A DNA stretch of 64,000 nt from NCBI GenBank assembly GCA_963664405.1, contig OY761158.1:4608001-4672000 (forward strand), given 5' to 3'. Of this stretch, positions 20,188 through 29,832 are shown in pieces (position 1 is the stretch's first letter; every line of letters begins with the position of its first letter). Under the pieces are notes generated by a model. That model had not been told where the DNA came from, ran no database searches, and was given only the letters and a program-made list of their open reading frames with translations. The stretch is from Thermoanaerobaculia bacterium (GTDB taxonomy: Bacteria; Acidobacteriota; Thermoanaerobaculia; Multivoradales; Multivoraceae). Made by a program: the position numbers and the translations under genes.

Positions 20188-20224
20188 AGCGCGACTTCGA
20201 TCTTCCTAGAGCGCGACCTCGATC
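20184..20224. repeat. 19-bp imperfect tandem duplication of the DAG-kinase gene 3' end
   Basis: CTAGAGCGCGACTTCGATC (20184) and CTAGAGCGCGACCTCGATC (20206). Confidence 0.8.
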
Positions 20225-21108
20225 GCCTTCGGCAGGACTTCCACGCGCTCGAGCTGGAGGCTTAGGGACTCTCCATCGACCATCACGTCGACCGGCGCTT
20301 CGAAGACGAAGTCGACCGCTGCAACCCGGTGCATCTCGATTGCCGGATGGTCTATGTGCGTACCCTTGAAGATTTTGGGAAAAGTGCGAAGCAGCTCGAG
20401 GCGCCCGACCCTTCCGGCAATCAGCAGGTCCGCGACTCCGTCGTCGATGCGAGCGTCGGGCGTAATCAACATATTGCCGCCGACATAGCGATTGTTGCCG
20501 AGGGTCAGCAAACTCATGGGTCTTGGTGCCGGAGCTTGGCCATCCCAGCCGAGAGTGATGTCGTCGGTGCGCAGGGTGATCAGCTTGGTGAGCACTCCGA
20601 GGCTATAGCCGAGTTTTCCGAGAGGTTTGAGGTGGCGATTGGTAACGGCGGCAACAGCGGCGCCGAAACCGAGGCTCACTCCACCCATGGCAAAGAGGCT
20701 TTGGCCGTCGTGCGCCACCCGGAGGATGTCGCAGGGGCGGTGGCGGCGCGAGGAAAGTGCTTCGACGCAGTAGGCGGTACCTTCTGTAGAGAAATCGCGT
20801 ACAAAGGAGTTGCCGGTGCCCAGAGGGAGCAAGCCGAGTGTGGTCCGGTCATCCGTTGAGAGGGCGGCGGGGAGAAGGCCGTTGAGCACCTCGAAGACCG
20901 TACCGTCGCCACCGGCAGCGACGACCGTCCTTATTCCCCGCCGTTGCGCCTCCGCGGCGATGGCGGAGGCTTCACCGGCGGCGGAGGTCTCCTTGATTTC
21001 GAGCTGGAGCCCTGCATCCCGGAGCGCTGCAATGGCCGCCGGCGCTCGCCGTGCACCCCGCCCCCCTCCGGCTGCCGGGTTGACAATGACGACAGTAGTC
21101 TCGGACAT
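20206..21108 (-). CDS. Diacylglycerol/lipid kinase family (YegS/BmrU)
   Basis: NPAAGG, GGDGT, PLGTGN, VDGE. Confidence 0.92.
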   Translation of the reverse strand: MSETTVVIVNPAAGGGRGARRAPAAIAALRDAGLQLEIKETSAAGEASAIAAEAQRRGIRTVVAAGGDGTVFEVLNGLLPAALSTDDRTTLGLLPLGTGNSFVRDFSTEGTAYCVEALSSRRHRPCDILRVAHDGQSLFAMGGVSLGFGAAVAAVTNRHLKPLGKLGYSLGVLTKLITLRTDDITLGWDGQAPAPRPMSLLTLGNNRYVGGNMLITPDARIDDGVADLLIAGRVGRLELLRTFPKIFKGTHIDHPAIEMHRVAAVDFVFEAPVDVMVDGESLSLQLERVEVLPKAIEVAL

Positions 21109-21114
21109 AAGGCG

Positions 21115-22683
21115 CTACTCGCTGCTCTCGAGGCCCTTCCCTCGGACCACCTGCCCTGGCAGAGCCCCCGTCCAGCGCTTACCGTCCCAGACCAGGATTC
21201 CGTTCACCCACACCCCTCGAATGCCCCTCGCGGTCCGATTGGGCTGCTCCGGGGTGGCGCGGTCCTCGATCTCAGTCGGGTCGAAGAGCACCAGGTCCGC
21301 GGCCGCGCCGGGTCGAATGACGCCGCGGCCCTCTATTCCCATGTGCAGAGCGGCGAGCCCGCTCATCTTGTGCACTGCCAGCTCGAGGCTCATGCCGTCG
21401 CCGCGCGGTCCGAATCGGGCGACAAAGCGCGGGAAGGTGCCGAAGCCGCGGGGATGGCGGCCGCCGAGGGCGCCGTCCGAGCCGAGGTTGGTGTGATCCC
21501 AGCCAAGCAGACTGCCGACGTCGCCCTCGCTCATGCTGCTCACCAGGACGCTCTCGCCGTCGTGCCCGGTGTCGCGCTCCCAGGCTCTGGCTTCGGCGAA
21601 GATGTCGATGAGGGTCTGCGCCGGCTCGCTGTCGCGAATCGTTGCGATCTGGGAGAGTGTCTTGCCGACATACTCGGGCTCGGGTCCGAAGCGAGCCACG
21701 GTGATTCCTTCGGGAGACGCCAATTCTTCGAGGGCGTATCGAGCAGCCTCGAGGCTGCGAAAATCGCGGTTCGGGAAGAGGAGGGTCATGGTCGATTGCC
21801 AGTAGAAGTAAGGGTAGACGTCGGCACTGAGGTCGACACCCTCTGCTCTCGCGGCGTCGAGTTGGTCAAGCAGCTGCCCCGCCTTGCCCCACAGACTTCG
21901 CATGCCGAGTTTGAGGTGGGATAGGTGGACCGCGACTCCGGCCTCGCGACCGATGCGGATGGCCTCAGCCAGCGCGGTCCAGATCTCGCGGTCCTCGCTA
22001 CGCATATGGGTGATGTAGCGCCCGCCGTCAACACCGGCGGCGCGAGCCAGCTCGATGAGCTCCTCTGTGGGGGCGTAGAGACCGGGGTCATATCCGAGAC
22101 CCGAAGAGAGCCCGAGAGAGCCTGCCTTCATCTCACGATCGAGAAGATAGAGCATGCGCTCGAGCTCTTCGGGGGTGCTCGAGCGTTGATAGCTCGCACC
22201 CATTGAGGTGTTCCGCAGTGTTCCGTGACCAGTGAACGAGGCCACATTGATCGCTGTCGGCGACTCTTCGAGGGTACGAAATGACTCTGCGAGCGGTGAG
22301 TTCGAGCTCCCGTCCTGACCGACGACGATGGTGGTCACTCCCTGGCTGATAGCGGCGATCGCTTGCGGATGGTTGGCGAGGCCCACATCGTGGTGACTGT
22401 GCGTGTCGATGAAGCCTGGCGTCAGGACCAGGCCTTCAGCCTCGACGATGGCTTCGCCTTCATGTGGCTCGAGATCCCCGACAGCAGCGATGCGTCCAGC
22501 TTGGATTCGCAGATCTCGCAGGTGGCCGGAAGTACCTGTTCCGTCGATGATCCGGGCGCCGCGAATGAGCTGCGAGTCGTTACTCTCCGTAGGAAGCGGT
22601 TGGGCTCCGGAGTGCACAGCGGGCTGCAGGATGACAGCCGCGACGGCGATCGCGGCAAGCCTGCTCAAAGCCGACACAGTCAT
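21115..22683 (-). CDS. N-acyl-D-amino-acid deacylase (secreted)
   Basis: PGFIDTHSHHD, GVTTIVVGQDG, ADVYPY, HPRGFGTFPR. Confidence 0.9.
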   Translation of the reverse strand: MTVSALSRLAAIAVAAVILQPAVHSGAQPLPTESNDSQLIRGARIIDGTGTSGHLRDLRIQAGRIAAVGDLEPHEGEAIVEAEGLVLTPGFIDTHSHHDVGLANHPQAIAAISQGVTTIVVGQDGSSNSPLAESFRTLEESPTAINVASFTGHGTLRNTSMGASYQRSSTPEELERMLYLLDREMKAGSLGLSSGLGYDPGLYAPTEELIELARAAGVDGGRYITHMRSEDREIWTALAEAIRIGREAGVAVHLSHLKLGMRSLWGKAGQLLDQLDAARAEGVDLSADVYPYFYWQSTMTLLFPNRDFRSLEAARYALEELASPEGITVARFGPEPEYVGKTLSQIATIRDSEPAQTLIDIFAEARAWERDTGHDGESVLVSSMSEGDVGSLLGWDHTNLGSDGALGGRHPRGFGTFPRFVARFGPRGDGMSLELAVHKMSGLAALHMGIEGRGVIRPGAAADLVLFDPTEIEDRATPEQPNRTARGIRGVWVNGILVWDGKRWTGALPGQVVRGKGLESSE

Positions 22684-23474
22684 CTCCGGGCTGCCACTTT
22701 GATGACCGAGGTCTTCCAGACTTCAATCGCGGGCTCCTCGTCGACCAGGTAGAGCTGGTAGAACTTCACCCACTCGTTCGCCCCCTTTCGCCACTTCTCA
22801 TAAGGCACACAGCGCGTCTGGACGTTGTCGCCGACGCGGATCGCGCGGCGGTGGATCAGTGTGCTCGAAGCATGGATCCAGAAGGGCATTACGAATTGGT
22901 TGGCTACCATGTGGCTTCCCTGTGCCATCACCAACCCCGGGTGGGCAGGAGGGGTGGAGGTGTTGCGGTAGATCGGGAGCCGGTCGTCGGTCGCGTCGCA
23001 ATAGGCGATCTGTTCGTCGAGGGTGAGGGGCCAGTGGAAGGTCCGAAAGGGTTGGTCGAGGACGAAGCGTTCCCAGGTACTTTCAACGCGCTCCCCCTGC
23101 CAATCGATGGGCTCCCAGGAGGCACGGGGGTCGAGTGGAGGAGCCTCGGCGACCAGGTGGGTTGTCATCTCGAGCAGCTCGGTTCCCTCTTCGTTGAAGG
23201 TGCGCAACCGCAGCGAAGAATCCTGCTCTTCGATACTGACCTCGAGCAGGTCGTCGTCGTAGGCCGGGCTCTTGAAGCGGATGTCGAGGCGGCTCCTGGT
23301 GAGCCATTTGAGGCCGAGCCGCTCGATCACGGGTTGGATCATGCGGCCGTAGACCATGGCACCGCCGACGATCGAGCCTCCGAATCCTCTCTCCCGAGCC
23401 TCTTCGCGGCTGTGGGCCTTGTTCTCCGACTCCTTGAGGTTGCGGAGACGAAAACGATGCGGCTCCCAGATCAC
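22680..23474 (-). CDS. Putative double hotdog-fold (MaoC-like) protein
   Basis: NKAHSREEARERGF...GG and RFKSPAY MaoC-like pattern; GTG start overlaps upstream TGA. Confidence 0.6.
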   Translation of the reverse strand: MIWEPHRFRLRNLKESENKAHSREEARERGFGGSIVGGAMVYGRMIQPVIERLGLKWLTRSRLDIRFKSPAYDDDLLEVSIEEQDSSLRLRTFNEEGTELLEMTTHLVAEAPPLDPRASWEPIDWQGERVESTWERFVLDQPFRTFHWPLTLDEQIAYCDATDDRLPIYRNTSTPPAHPGLVMAQGSHMVANQFVMPFWIHASSTLIHRRAIRVGDNVQTRCVPYEKWRKGANEWVKFYQLYLVDEEPAIEVWKTSVIKVAARR

Positions 23475-24100
23475 GCGAAGGTACCTCCGTCGGTCTTCGA
23501 AGAGGGATCCTGCCCCTCGAAGATCTGGTCCAGAAGCTTGCACATCCGGTCGACATGAGAGCCATGCCAATAGACCCGATCGCAGCTCTCGCATCGCACA
23601 AAGCGGCGATGGGCCAGCAGCACCCGAGGCGGAACCGAGGGTGCAGCTTCGTCACGGTCCATATCTACGAGCTCGGTGTTGCAGCGACTGCAGCGGGTGA
23701 AAGTGCGGGTGGGTCGATCCAGACGGTAGGCCCGTATTACCTGATTCATCTGCCTACGAAGCGAGTCGCTCTCGAGGACGAGGATCCGGGGCACGCTCCA
23801 CTCTTCGGCGAGGGCGCGGTCGCGAGTGAGCAGGACCCGGTCCTCTTCCAGGGCTCGCCGGACGAGCTCTCTGTCGGCGATATCTGCCTCGTAGGTAGCG
23901 TCGAGACCGAGAAAGCGAAGCCAACGCACCAATCGACCGAGCATCGCATCGACGATGAATCGAGGCTCAGTGCCGGAATCGGATTGCCTGACCTTCGGCG
24001 CCAGGCCAACTCTCTGCCCACAGGTGCAATCAAGAGTACGCCCGAACTGAAAGAGACTCACGTCGTACTCCCGTTCGCACGATGGGCAGAGCACAGACAT
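23471..24100 (-). CDS. Mut7-C RNase (PIN-like) domain protein with N-terminal Cys motif
   Basis: FIVDAMLGRLVRWLRFLG, LLTRD, RCSRCN...CESCDRVYWHGSH. Confidence 0.88.
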   Translation of the reverse strand: MSVLCPSCEREYDVSLFQFGRTLDCTCGQRVGLAPKVRQSDSGTEPRFIVDAMLGRLVRWLRFLGLDATYEADIADRELVRRALEEDRVLLTRDRALAEEWSVPRILVLESDSLRRQMNQVIRAYRLDRPTRTFTRCSRCNTELVDMDRDEAAPSVPPRVLLAHRRFVRCESCDRVYWHGSHVDRMCKLLDQIFEGQDPSSKTDGGTFA

Positions 24101-24172
24101 ACCTCGCACCGAGAAGGATGACATCTTTCCGCGGTTGCCGTCGGGAGGGCGAAGGAGTGACATCCTTGCGGC

Positions 24173-24955
24173 ATGGAGCTGTACTGGAAGGTGCACGAGG
24201 GATCGGGTCCCTATCTGCTGTTGGTTCACGGCATGCTCTCGAGCACTGCTCAATGGCGGTCCAACCTGCCTGCGCTGGCGAAGGTCACTCGGCCGGTGGT
24301 CGTCGACCTCTGGGGCCATGGCTCTTCGCCGTCGCCTGAGGATCCCGCTCGTTACCATCCGCAGGCCTACGTCGAGATGTTCGAAGATCTTCGGGTGCGC
24401 CTGGGCGCCGACAGGTGGTTGGTGTGCGGGCAGTCCCTGGGGGCGGGGCTCACGCTCCGGTACGCGTTGGACCACCCGGATCGAGTAATTGCGCAAGTCT
24501 TCACCAACTCGAGGTCGGCATTGGCCGATGACGAATGGGCCGCCGGCATGCGTCGCGGCGTCGCTGCTCAGGCAGAGGCGATCGAAAGTGGCGGTCTCGC
24601 GGCCATCGAAAAGCTGCCTGTGCACCCGCGCCACGCTCGCCGGATTCCGCCTTCCGAGCGCGATGCGCTGGTCGAGGCTGCGAAGCTGCTCGATCCGCCC
24701 GGTGTCGCTCGCACGCTGCGCTACACCACTCCCGAATGCCCGGTGACGGCACGCATCTCCGAGAACCGAGTACCGACGCTGCTAGTCCACGGAGAGCACG
24801 AGACCCGATTTGCACCGTATCGCGAGTTCGCGGAACGCCACATGCCCCATCTCGAGGTCGTATCGGCGCAGGCCGGTCACGCCGTAAACATCGCGGCCTC
24901 GGAGGTCTTCAATGCCGCCGTTGTAGACTTCGTCGGTCGCCACTACACGCAGTGA
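24173..24955 (+). CDS. Alpha/beta hydrolase
   Basis: LLVHG, DLWGHG, GQSLG nucleophile elbow, AGHAVN. Confidence 0.9.
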   Translation: MELYWKVHEGSGPYLLLVHGMLSSTAQWRSNLPALAKVTRPVVVDLWGHGSSPSPEDPARYHPQAYVEMFEDLRVRLGADRWLVCGQSLGAGLTLRYALDHPDRVIAQVFTNSRSALADDEWAAGMRRGVAAQAEAIESGGLAAIEKLPVHPRHARRIPPSERDALVEAAKLLDPPGVARTLRYTTPECPVTARISENRVPTLLVHGEHETRFAPYREFAERHMPHLEVVSAQAGHAVNIAASEVFNAAVVDFVGRHYTQ

Positions 24956-25036
24956 GGGCGGCTACCTTGCGCCCGATAGTGCCTCGGCGCCCGCGGCCGC
25001 CGATAGGCGATCTCAGACCGGCTGCAGCATTGCAAT

Positions 25037-25444
25037 ATGAATGACTTTTCCGAATACAAAATCGACTTTGATGCCAATCCCTACCACAAATGGTTAGGAA
25101 TCACAGTCCTTGATCAACAGCCGGACTACGGAAAAATTGCGCTGAAGAAAGACGAAAGTACACCGACTGGAATCGGCGGAAGTGTTCATGGTGGTCTGCT
25201 CGCAGCCATGGTTGACATTGTGATGCTGGTTGCCATATTCGCCGAAATGCGACCCGGTGAAAAACCTGCCGGTACCGCAGAACTGAGCATTACCTATCTA
25301 CGCCAGACGCACGGCGATCACGTCTATGCCGAGGCCAATGTGATCAAGCGCGGTCGGCAGCTCTCGTTAGTCGAAGTCGATATCACTGACGATAGCGGCA
25401 AGTTGTGCGCCCGAGGGCGCACGCTGTATGCATTCCGCGCCTGA
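25037..25444 (+). CDS. PaaI-family thioesterase
   Basis: VHGGLLAAMVD, TAELSITYLR; visibly more AT-rich than its neighbours. Confidence 0.9.
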   Translation: MNDFSEYKIDFDANPYHKWLGITVLDQQPDYGKIALKKDESTPTGIGGSVHGGLLAAMVDIVMLVAIFAEMRPGEKPAGTAELSITYLRQTHGDHVYAEANVIKRGRQLSLVEVDITDDSGKLCARGRTLYAFRA

Positions 25445-25503
25445 ATGGGACGGTGGCCCCAGCCACGAACCCAGCTACCGACGCGCGACCCAGCTTCAGG
25501 TAG

Positions 25504-27720
25504 TCAAGTAGTCAGTCCTCGGTAGACCTTGGGCAGCTCCTTCGGCAGAGCGGCGATGTCGTCGATGACCAGGTAGCTGCGCTCGGAGCACATTTGGCGG
25601 AGGTAGTCGTGGCCGGCGGGGTCGACGGTGATGCAGAAGGTGTGGACGCCGCGGAGCTCGGCTTCGCGCAGCGCCATCATGGTGTCGTTGATGCCGTACT
25701 CGCGGCTGGTTCGGTCACGGCCGTAGTCGAAGTCTTGGGGGTAGCCGTCGCTCAGGATCAGGAGGACCTTGATGCGAGCGTCTTGTTTGTCGAGCTTTGT
25801 GGCTGCGTGGCGGATCGCTGGACCCATGCGGGTGCTGCGCTTGGGCTCTATGGCGGCCATCCGACCGAGGGTGCGGCGGTCGTAGGTTTCGTTGAAGTCT
25901 TTGGCGACGAAGAAGTCGACGTTCTCGCGGCCGTAGCCTGAAAAGCCGTAGATGGCGTAGGCGTCGCCCAGGGTGTCGAGGGCCTCGGCCATGAGCAGCA
26001 ATGCTTCTTTCTCGACGTCGATCACGCGACGTCGTTTGGCCGTCGGCGTCAGGTCTGAGCGGGTCCAGAAGGGGTCGTCGTCGTAGACTCCGACGTAGTC
26101 GTACTTCGGAAGCTCGTCCGCGCTCTGCTCCTCTTCCGGATCGGGGATCTCCGAGTCGGTGGAGGCGCTCATGTCTAACAGGAAGGCCGCGGCGACGTTG
26201 CGCTCGCGTCGATCGCGATGGGTGTATAGCTTGTCGGAGGGAGCCAGGCCGGCGCGAAGATCACTCCAAGCTTCCACCGCCGCGTCGAGATCTACGTCTT
26301 CGCCGTCGGTGAGGCCCTTGATCTTGCGCAAGGTGTCGGGGCGAAGCAACTCGAACTGGCGACGCACTTCGGCGAAGAGGCGAGCCTGGCTGCGACGGGC
26401 ATCCTCTAGCTCGGTGACGTCCGCCTCTTCCAGCGTGGTCTCGCCGAGGCGGCACCAAGCTCGGCGATAAGCGTTGAGCTCATGATCCCACTCGTCGTAG
26501 TAGTACTCGTTGCGCAGAGGCCGTAGCTCCCCGAGCTCTTCTTCGAGCTCGCGGCCGAGGCTACGGACGCGATCTTCGAGCTCGGCGCGTTTGTCTGACA
26601 CTGCCGCCGCTTTGGCTCCATCCGGAAGGTCGCTGAGAGTGAGCCCGGAGGTGCTGTCGAGGTCAGCTTCCTCGACGCCGGTGATTTCGATCAGGCCTTT
26701 CTCGAGAAGCTCGCGCAAGATCTCGGGGGGCAGCGGTATTCCTCCCTCCCGGAGCTTCTCGAGGTCCTTGGTGAGCTCGGCGAGGCGAAGCTCTTTCTGG
26801 ATGAGCTCCGGCTTGAGCTCTCCTCGATAGGGCACAGGCTCCGTTCCTTCTGGCTCGTCTCCGCTGATCGGCGGGCTCCCGGCTCCCTCTGCATCCCCCT
26901 CTCCGCCGTCCACCGCGACCGAAATCGTCTCCGAATCCTCGAGGTCCGTCGCCCCTTGCAGGGTGACTCGTAGATCCTTCGCCACGCTCGGATCCTGCCA
27001 GACCGAGTTGAGGCGCACGGTCGCAGTGGCGGTCGTGTAGACGTCGGCACCCGGCCGGCGCATTTCGCTGAGAGCCTCGCCGAGGTGTTGCAACTGGCCT
27101 GGCTCGAGCCGGGCTACGAAGACCTCGGGCTCGGCGCCGAGACTGAGTTGGAGCAGGATCTCGAGAAGTCTCTGGATCGGGCCCAAGGTGGCGATGTCCG
27201 GCCGAAGGGCCCTGGATGCGCTCTGCAGGCGCGCAAGATCCTTGCGGACGCCACGATAGCGCCTCCCGAGCGCCGCATCGATTCGGGTGTCCTCGAGGAT
27301 CGAAAAGATCTTCCGCGCCAGTTCCGGCCGATCGAAAGCGGCGAAGAACAGGGCCAGATCGGACTCGGAAAGCTCTTCTGGAGAGGCCGAGGACCCACCC
27401 TCCCCGGCCTGCGATTCGTGCTTCCGGTGCCACCTCTCGAGCTCGAAGTGGAAGGTGCCGCACTCCCAGAATCCGAGTTGATGAAGGATGGAAATCTTGT
27501 AGACAATGAAGTTGTCTCGAGCGCTGTCGAAGTCGCTGACCTCCGCCGGCAGAAAGACGCACGAAGCAGACGATGTCGGCAGGTCGCGGCGAAGGGCACT
27601 GCTGACGTCCGGCAGTTCTTCGGTCGAGCGGAGCTCCATTCGCCGGCCGGCGATGGCCTCGGTATAGAGCTGAAGGACGCGGAGATGCTCTCTGAGCGAG
27701 GCCGTCGACGGGGCGCTCAC
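25504..27720 (-). CDS. NorD/CbbO-like vWA-domain protein
   Basis: YDEWD, DGEDVDLDAAV, MIDAS LDMSAST, TRMGPAIRHA, LSDGYPQD. Confidence 0.88.
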   Translation of the reverse strand: MSAPSTASLREHLRVLQLYTEAIAGRRMELRSTEELPDVSSALRRDLPTSSASCVFLPAEVSDFDSARDNFIVYKISILHQLGFWECGTFHFELERWHRKHESQAGEGGSSASPEELSESDLALFFAAFDRPELARKIFSILEDTRIDAALGRRYRGVRKDLARLQSASRALRPDIATLGPIQRLLEILLQLSLGAEPEVFVARLEPGQLQHLGEALSEMRRPGADVYTTATATVRLNSVWQDPSVAKDLRVTLQGATDLEDSETISVAVDGGEGDAEGAGSPPISGDEPEGTEPVPYRGELKPELIQKELRLAELTKDLEKLREGGIPLPPEILRELLEKGLIEITGVEEADLDSTSGLTLSDLPDGAKAAAVSDKRAELEDRVRSLGRELEEELGELRPLRNEYYYDEWDHELNAYRRAWCRLGETTLEEADVTELEDARRSQARLFAEVRRQFELLRPDTLRKIKGLTDGEDVDLDAAVEAWSDLRAGLAPSDKLYTHRDRRERNVAAAFLLDMSASTDSEIPDPEEEQSADELPKYDYVGVYDDDPFWTRSDLTPTAKRRRVIDVEKEALLLMAEALDTLGDAYAIYGFSGYGRENVDFFVAKDFNETYDRRTLGRMAAIEPKRSTRMGPAIRHAATKLDKQDARIKVLLILSDGYPQDFDYGRDRTSREYGINDTMMALREAELRGVHTFCITVDPAGHDYLRQMCSERSYLVIDDIAALPKELPKVYRGLTT

Positions 27721-27736
27721 CGAGGATGCCCCCGAA

Positions 27737-28618
27737 TCAGGGGAAGACAGTGGTTACCAGCTCCGAGACCACGCGCTGGATCTCTACGTCGTCGGTCACC
27801 GCTCGGCTGACCGCCACTTCGCAGGCGCGGCGAATGTCGATGCCGCGTGCTACCAGTTGCGCGGCGTAGATCAGAAGGCGAGTGCTCACTCCCTCCTCGA
27901 AGCCGTGCTCCCTCAGATTGCGCACTTTTGCGCCGAGAGTCGCAAGCTCGGCAGCGGTTGCTCCGTCGACTCCGCCCTCATGAGCGATGATCTTGGTCTC
28001 GAGGGCGTGGGGTGGGTAGTCGAAGTCGAGCGCCACGAAGCGCTGCCGGGTACTCGGTTTGAGATCCTTCAGCACGCTCTGGTAACCAGGGTTGTAGGAG
28101 ATGACCAGCAGAAAGTCGCGATGGGCTTCGGCCACCGTAGAACGCTTCTCGATCGGAAGCATGCGGCGGTGGTCGGTGAGCGCGTGAATGAGCACTGTCG
28201 TGTCTTTGCGGGCCTCGACGATCTCATCGAGATAGCAGATCGAGCCGCTGCGCACAGCTCGCGTCAGCGGCCCGTCGATCCACACGGTTTCATCGCCGGT
28301 GAGTAGATAGCGGCCAACGAGGTCGGTGGCGCTCAAGTCTTCATGACAAGCGACGGTGGTGAGAGGAGCTTCGATCTTCGTTCGTCGCTCGCTCGCCTCC
28401 TCCCCTCGGTAGAGGAGGTGGGCCATGTGTTCGACGAATCGTGTCTTGCCGCAGCCGGTGGGACCCTTGAGTAGGACCGGGAGTCGGGACTCGTAGGCGG
28501 CGAGAAAGACCTCGACCTCGTCCCCGATCGGGAGGTAGAAAGGAGCCGTCTCGGTCGCCGAATCCGCGGACTCTGAAGCCGCTGCTGGCACGAGCTCTGG
28601 TGCTTGGGGTCGACTCAA
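27737..28618 (-). CDS. CbbQ/NirQ/NorQ-family MoxR AAA+ ATPase
   Basis: [43 protein letters not shown]. Confidence 0.93.
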   Translation of the reverse strand: MSRPQAPELVPAAASESADSATETAPFYLPIGDEVEVFLAAYESRLPVLLKGPTGCGKTRFVEHMAHLLYRGEEASERRTKIEAPLTTVACHEDLSATDLVGRYLLTGDETVWIDGPLTRAVRSGSICYLDEIVEARKDTTVLIHALTDHRRMLPIEKRSTVAEAHRDFLLVISYNPGYQSVLKDLKPSTRQRFVALDFDYPPHALETKIIAHEGGVDGATAAELATLGAKVRNLREHGFEEGVSTRLLIYAAQLVARGIDIRRACEVAVSRAVTDDVEIQRVVSELVTTVFP

Positions 28619-28647
28619 GGGGGACTCGTGTTTTGCCGGGAACGGGG

Positions 28648-29424
28648 CTACTTGAGGTTCTTCGATGCGGCGATGTCGGCGGACATGTCACGCAGTCGGG
28701 TCGGCATCATCGTCATTTCCTCGATCACGGTGCGCTGAGGGAGGCAGGCGACGAGAAGAATGGCGTCGGCAATGTCCTCGGGCATCATCATGCCGGCCCG
28801 TTCCTCCTCTGTCGGAGGACGCGGCCGCTTGTCGAGAATCGGTGTCGCCACCTCGCCGGGAAGGATGGTGGTGGCGCGAATCCCCTTCTGTCGCAACTCG
28901 GCGAGGAGCCCCGTAGTGTAGGCGCGAGCCGCGGCCTTGGCGGTGCTGTAGGCGGTGCCTGCCATCGGTCCCGGGCGTAGCGCGGCCATCGAAGAGATCA
29001 TGATCACCGTGCCGGCGCCGGCATCGAGCATCGCCGGCAGCAACGCCTTGGTGAGCATCGCGGGACCCGTGGCATTGACGGCGATTACGCTGTCCCACTC
29101 TTCCTGGCTGATGTAACGAGTGCTCCTGACCCGAGAGCTGTGACCGGCGTTGTGCACCAGGATGTCGACTCGGCCGAAGCGCTCCAGAACCTGCTTGGCG
29201 AGACTCTCGACCCCTGCCGGGTCTTCCATGTCGGCCTGTACGGGCAGGATCGTCCCTCCGGCCGCCTCGACCTCGCCTGCGACCTCTACCAGCGGGTCCA
29301 GCCGACGGCCCGAGATGGCCACAGCAGCCCCGTCGGCAACGAAAGCCAGGGCCGCGCATCGGCCGATGCCGGTGCCGCCGCCGGTTACCAGCGCAATTTT
29401 GCCTTCGAGTCTTTTCTCGCCCAT
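28648..29424 (-). CDS. SDR oxidoreductase
   Basis: [17 protein letters not shown]. Confidence 0.9.
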   Translation of the reverse strand: MGEKRLEGKIALVTGGGTGIGRCAALAFVADGAAVAISGRRLDPLVEVAGEVEAAGGTILPVQADMEDPAGVESLAKQVLERFGRVDILVHNAGHSSRVRSTRYISQEEWDSVIAVNATGPAMLTKALLPAMLDAGAGTVIMISSMAALRPGPMAGTAYSTAKAAARAYTTGLLAELRQKGIRATTILPGEVATPILDKRPRPPTEEERAGMMMPEDIADAILLVACLPQRTVIEEMTMMPTRLRDMSADIAASKNLK

Positions 29425-29436
29425 TGTCGCTTCAGT

Positions 29437-29832
29437 TCAAGAGGTTGAAGGAGCAGGATTGTACTCTTTCGGCTCCCACAGCTCTACTTTGTTGCCCTCG
29501 GGATCCACGAACCAGCCGAAGCGGCCGAAGTCGAGCTCCTCGATCTCACCGGGGGTTGAGGCCCCGCCCTCTCGAACCTGATCGAGTGCGCCGTCGAGAT
29601 CGTCCACCATCAGGTTGATCATGAAGTCCTTTTCTGACGGCTCGAAATAGGTCGTAGAGCTCTTGAAGGGTGCCCACACCGTGTAGCCGCCCGCCGGGAT
29701 GGTTGCGGGCTGGAAGCCGACGCAGAAACTGGGCTCTACCGGTATACCGAGCCAGCGTTCGTACCAGCCGCAAAGCGCTTCCGGACCGCTCGATTTGAAA
29801 AAGACCCCACCGACACCTAGTGCTTTGGCCAT
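29437..29832 (-). CDS. VOC/glyoxalase family protein
   Basis: GVGGVFFK, MINLMVDDLD, DPEGNKVELWEP. Confidence 0.9.
   Translation of the reverse strand: MAKALGVGGVFFKSSGPEALCGWYERWLGIPVEPSFCVGFQPATIPAGGYTVWAPFKSSTTYFEPSEKDFMINLMVDDLDGALDQVREGGASTPGEIEELDFGRFGWFVDPEGNKVELWEPKEYNPAPSTS

Noticed and set aside
23471-24100. Toxin-antitoxin or anti-phage system around the Mut7-C gene
   Set aside because: No antitoxin-like or defence partner gene adjacent
25504-28618. Denitrification or carbon-fixation locus
   Set aside because: No norCB, nirS or Rubisco genes in the window
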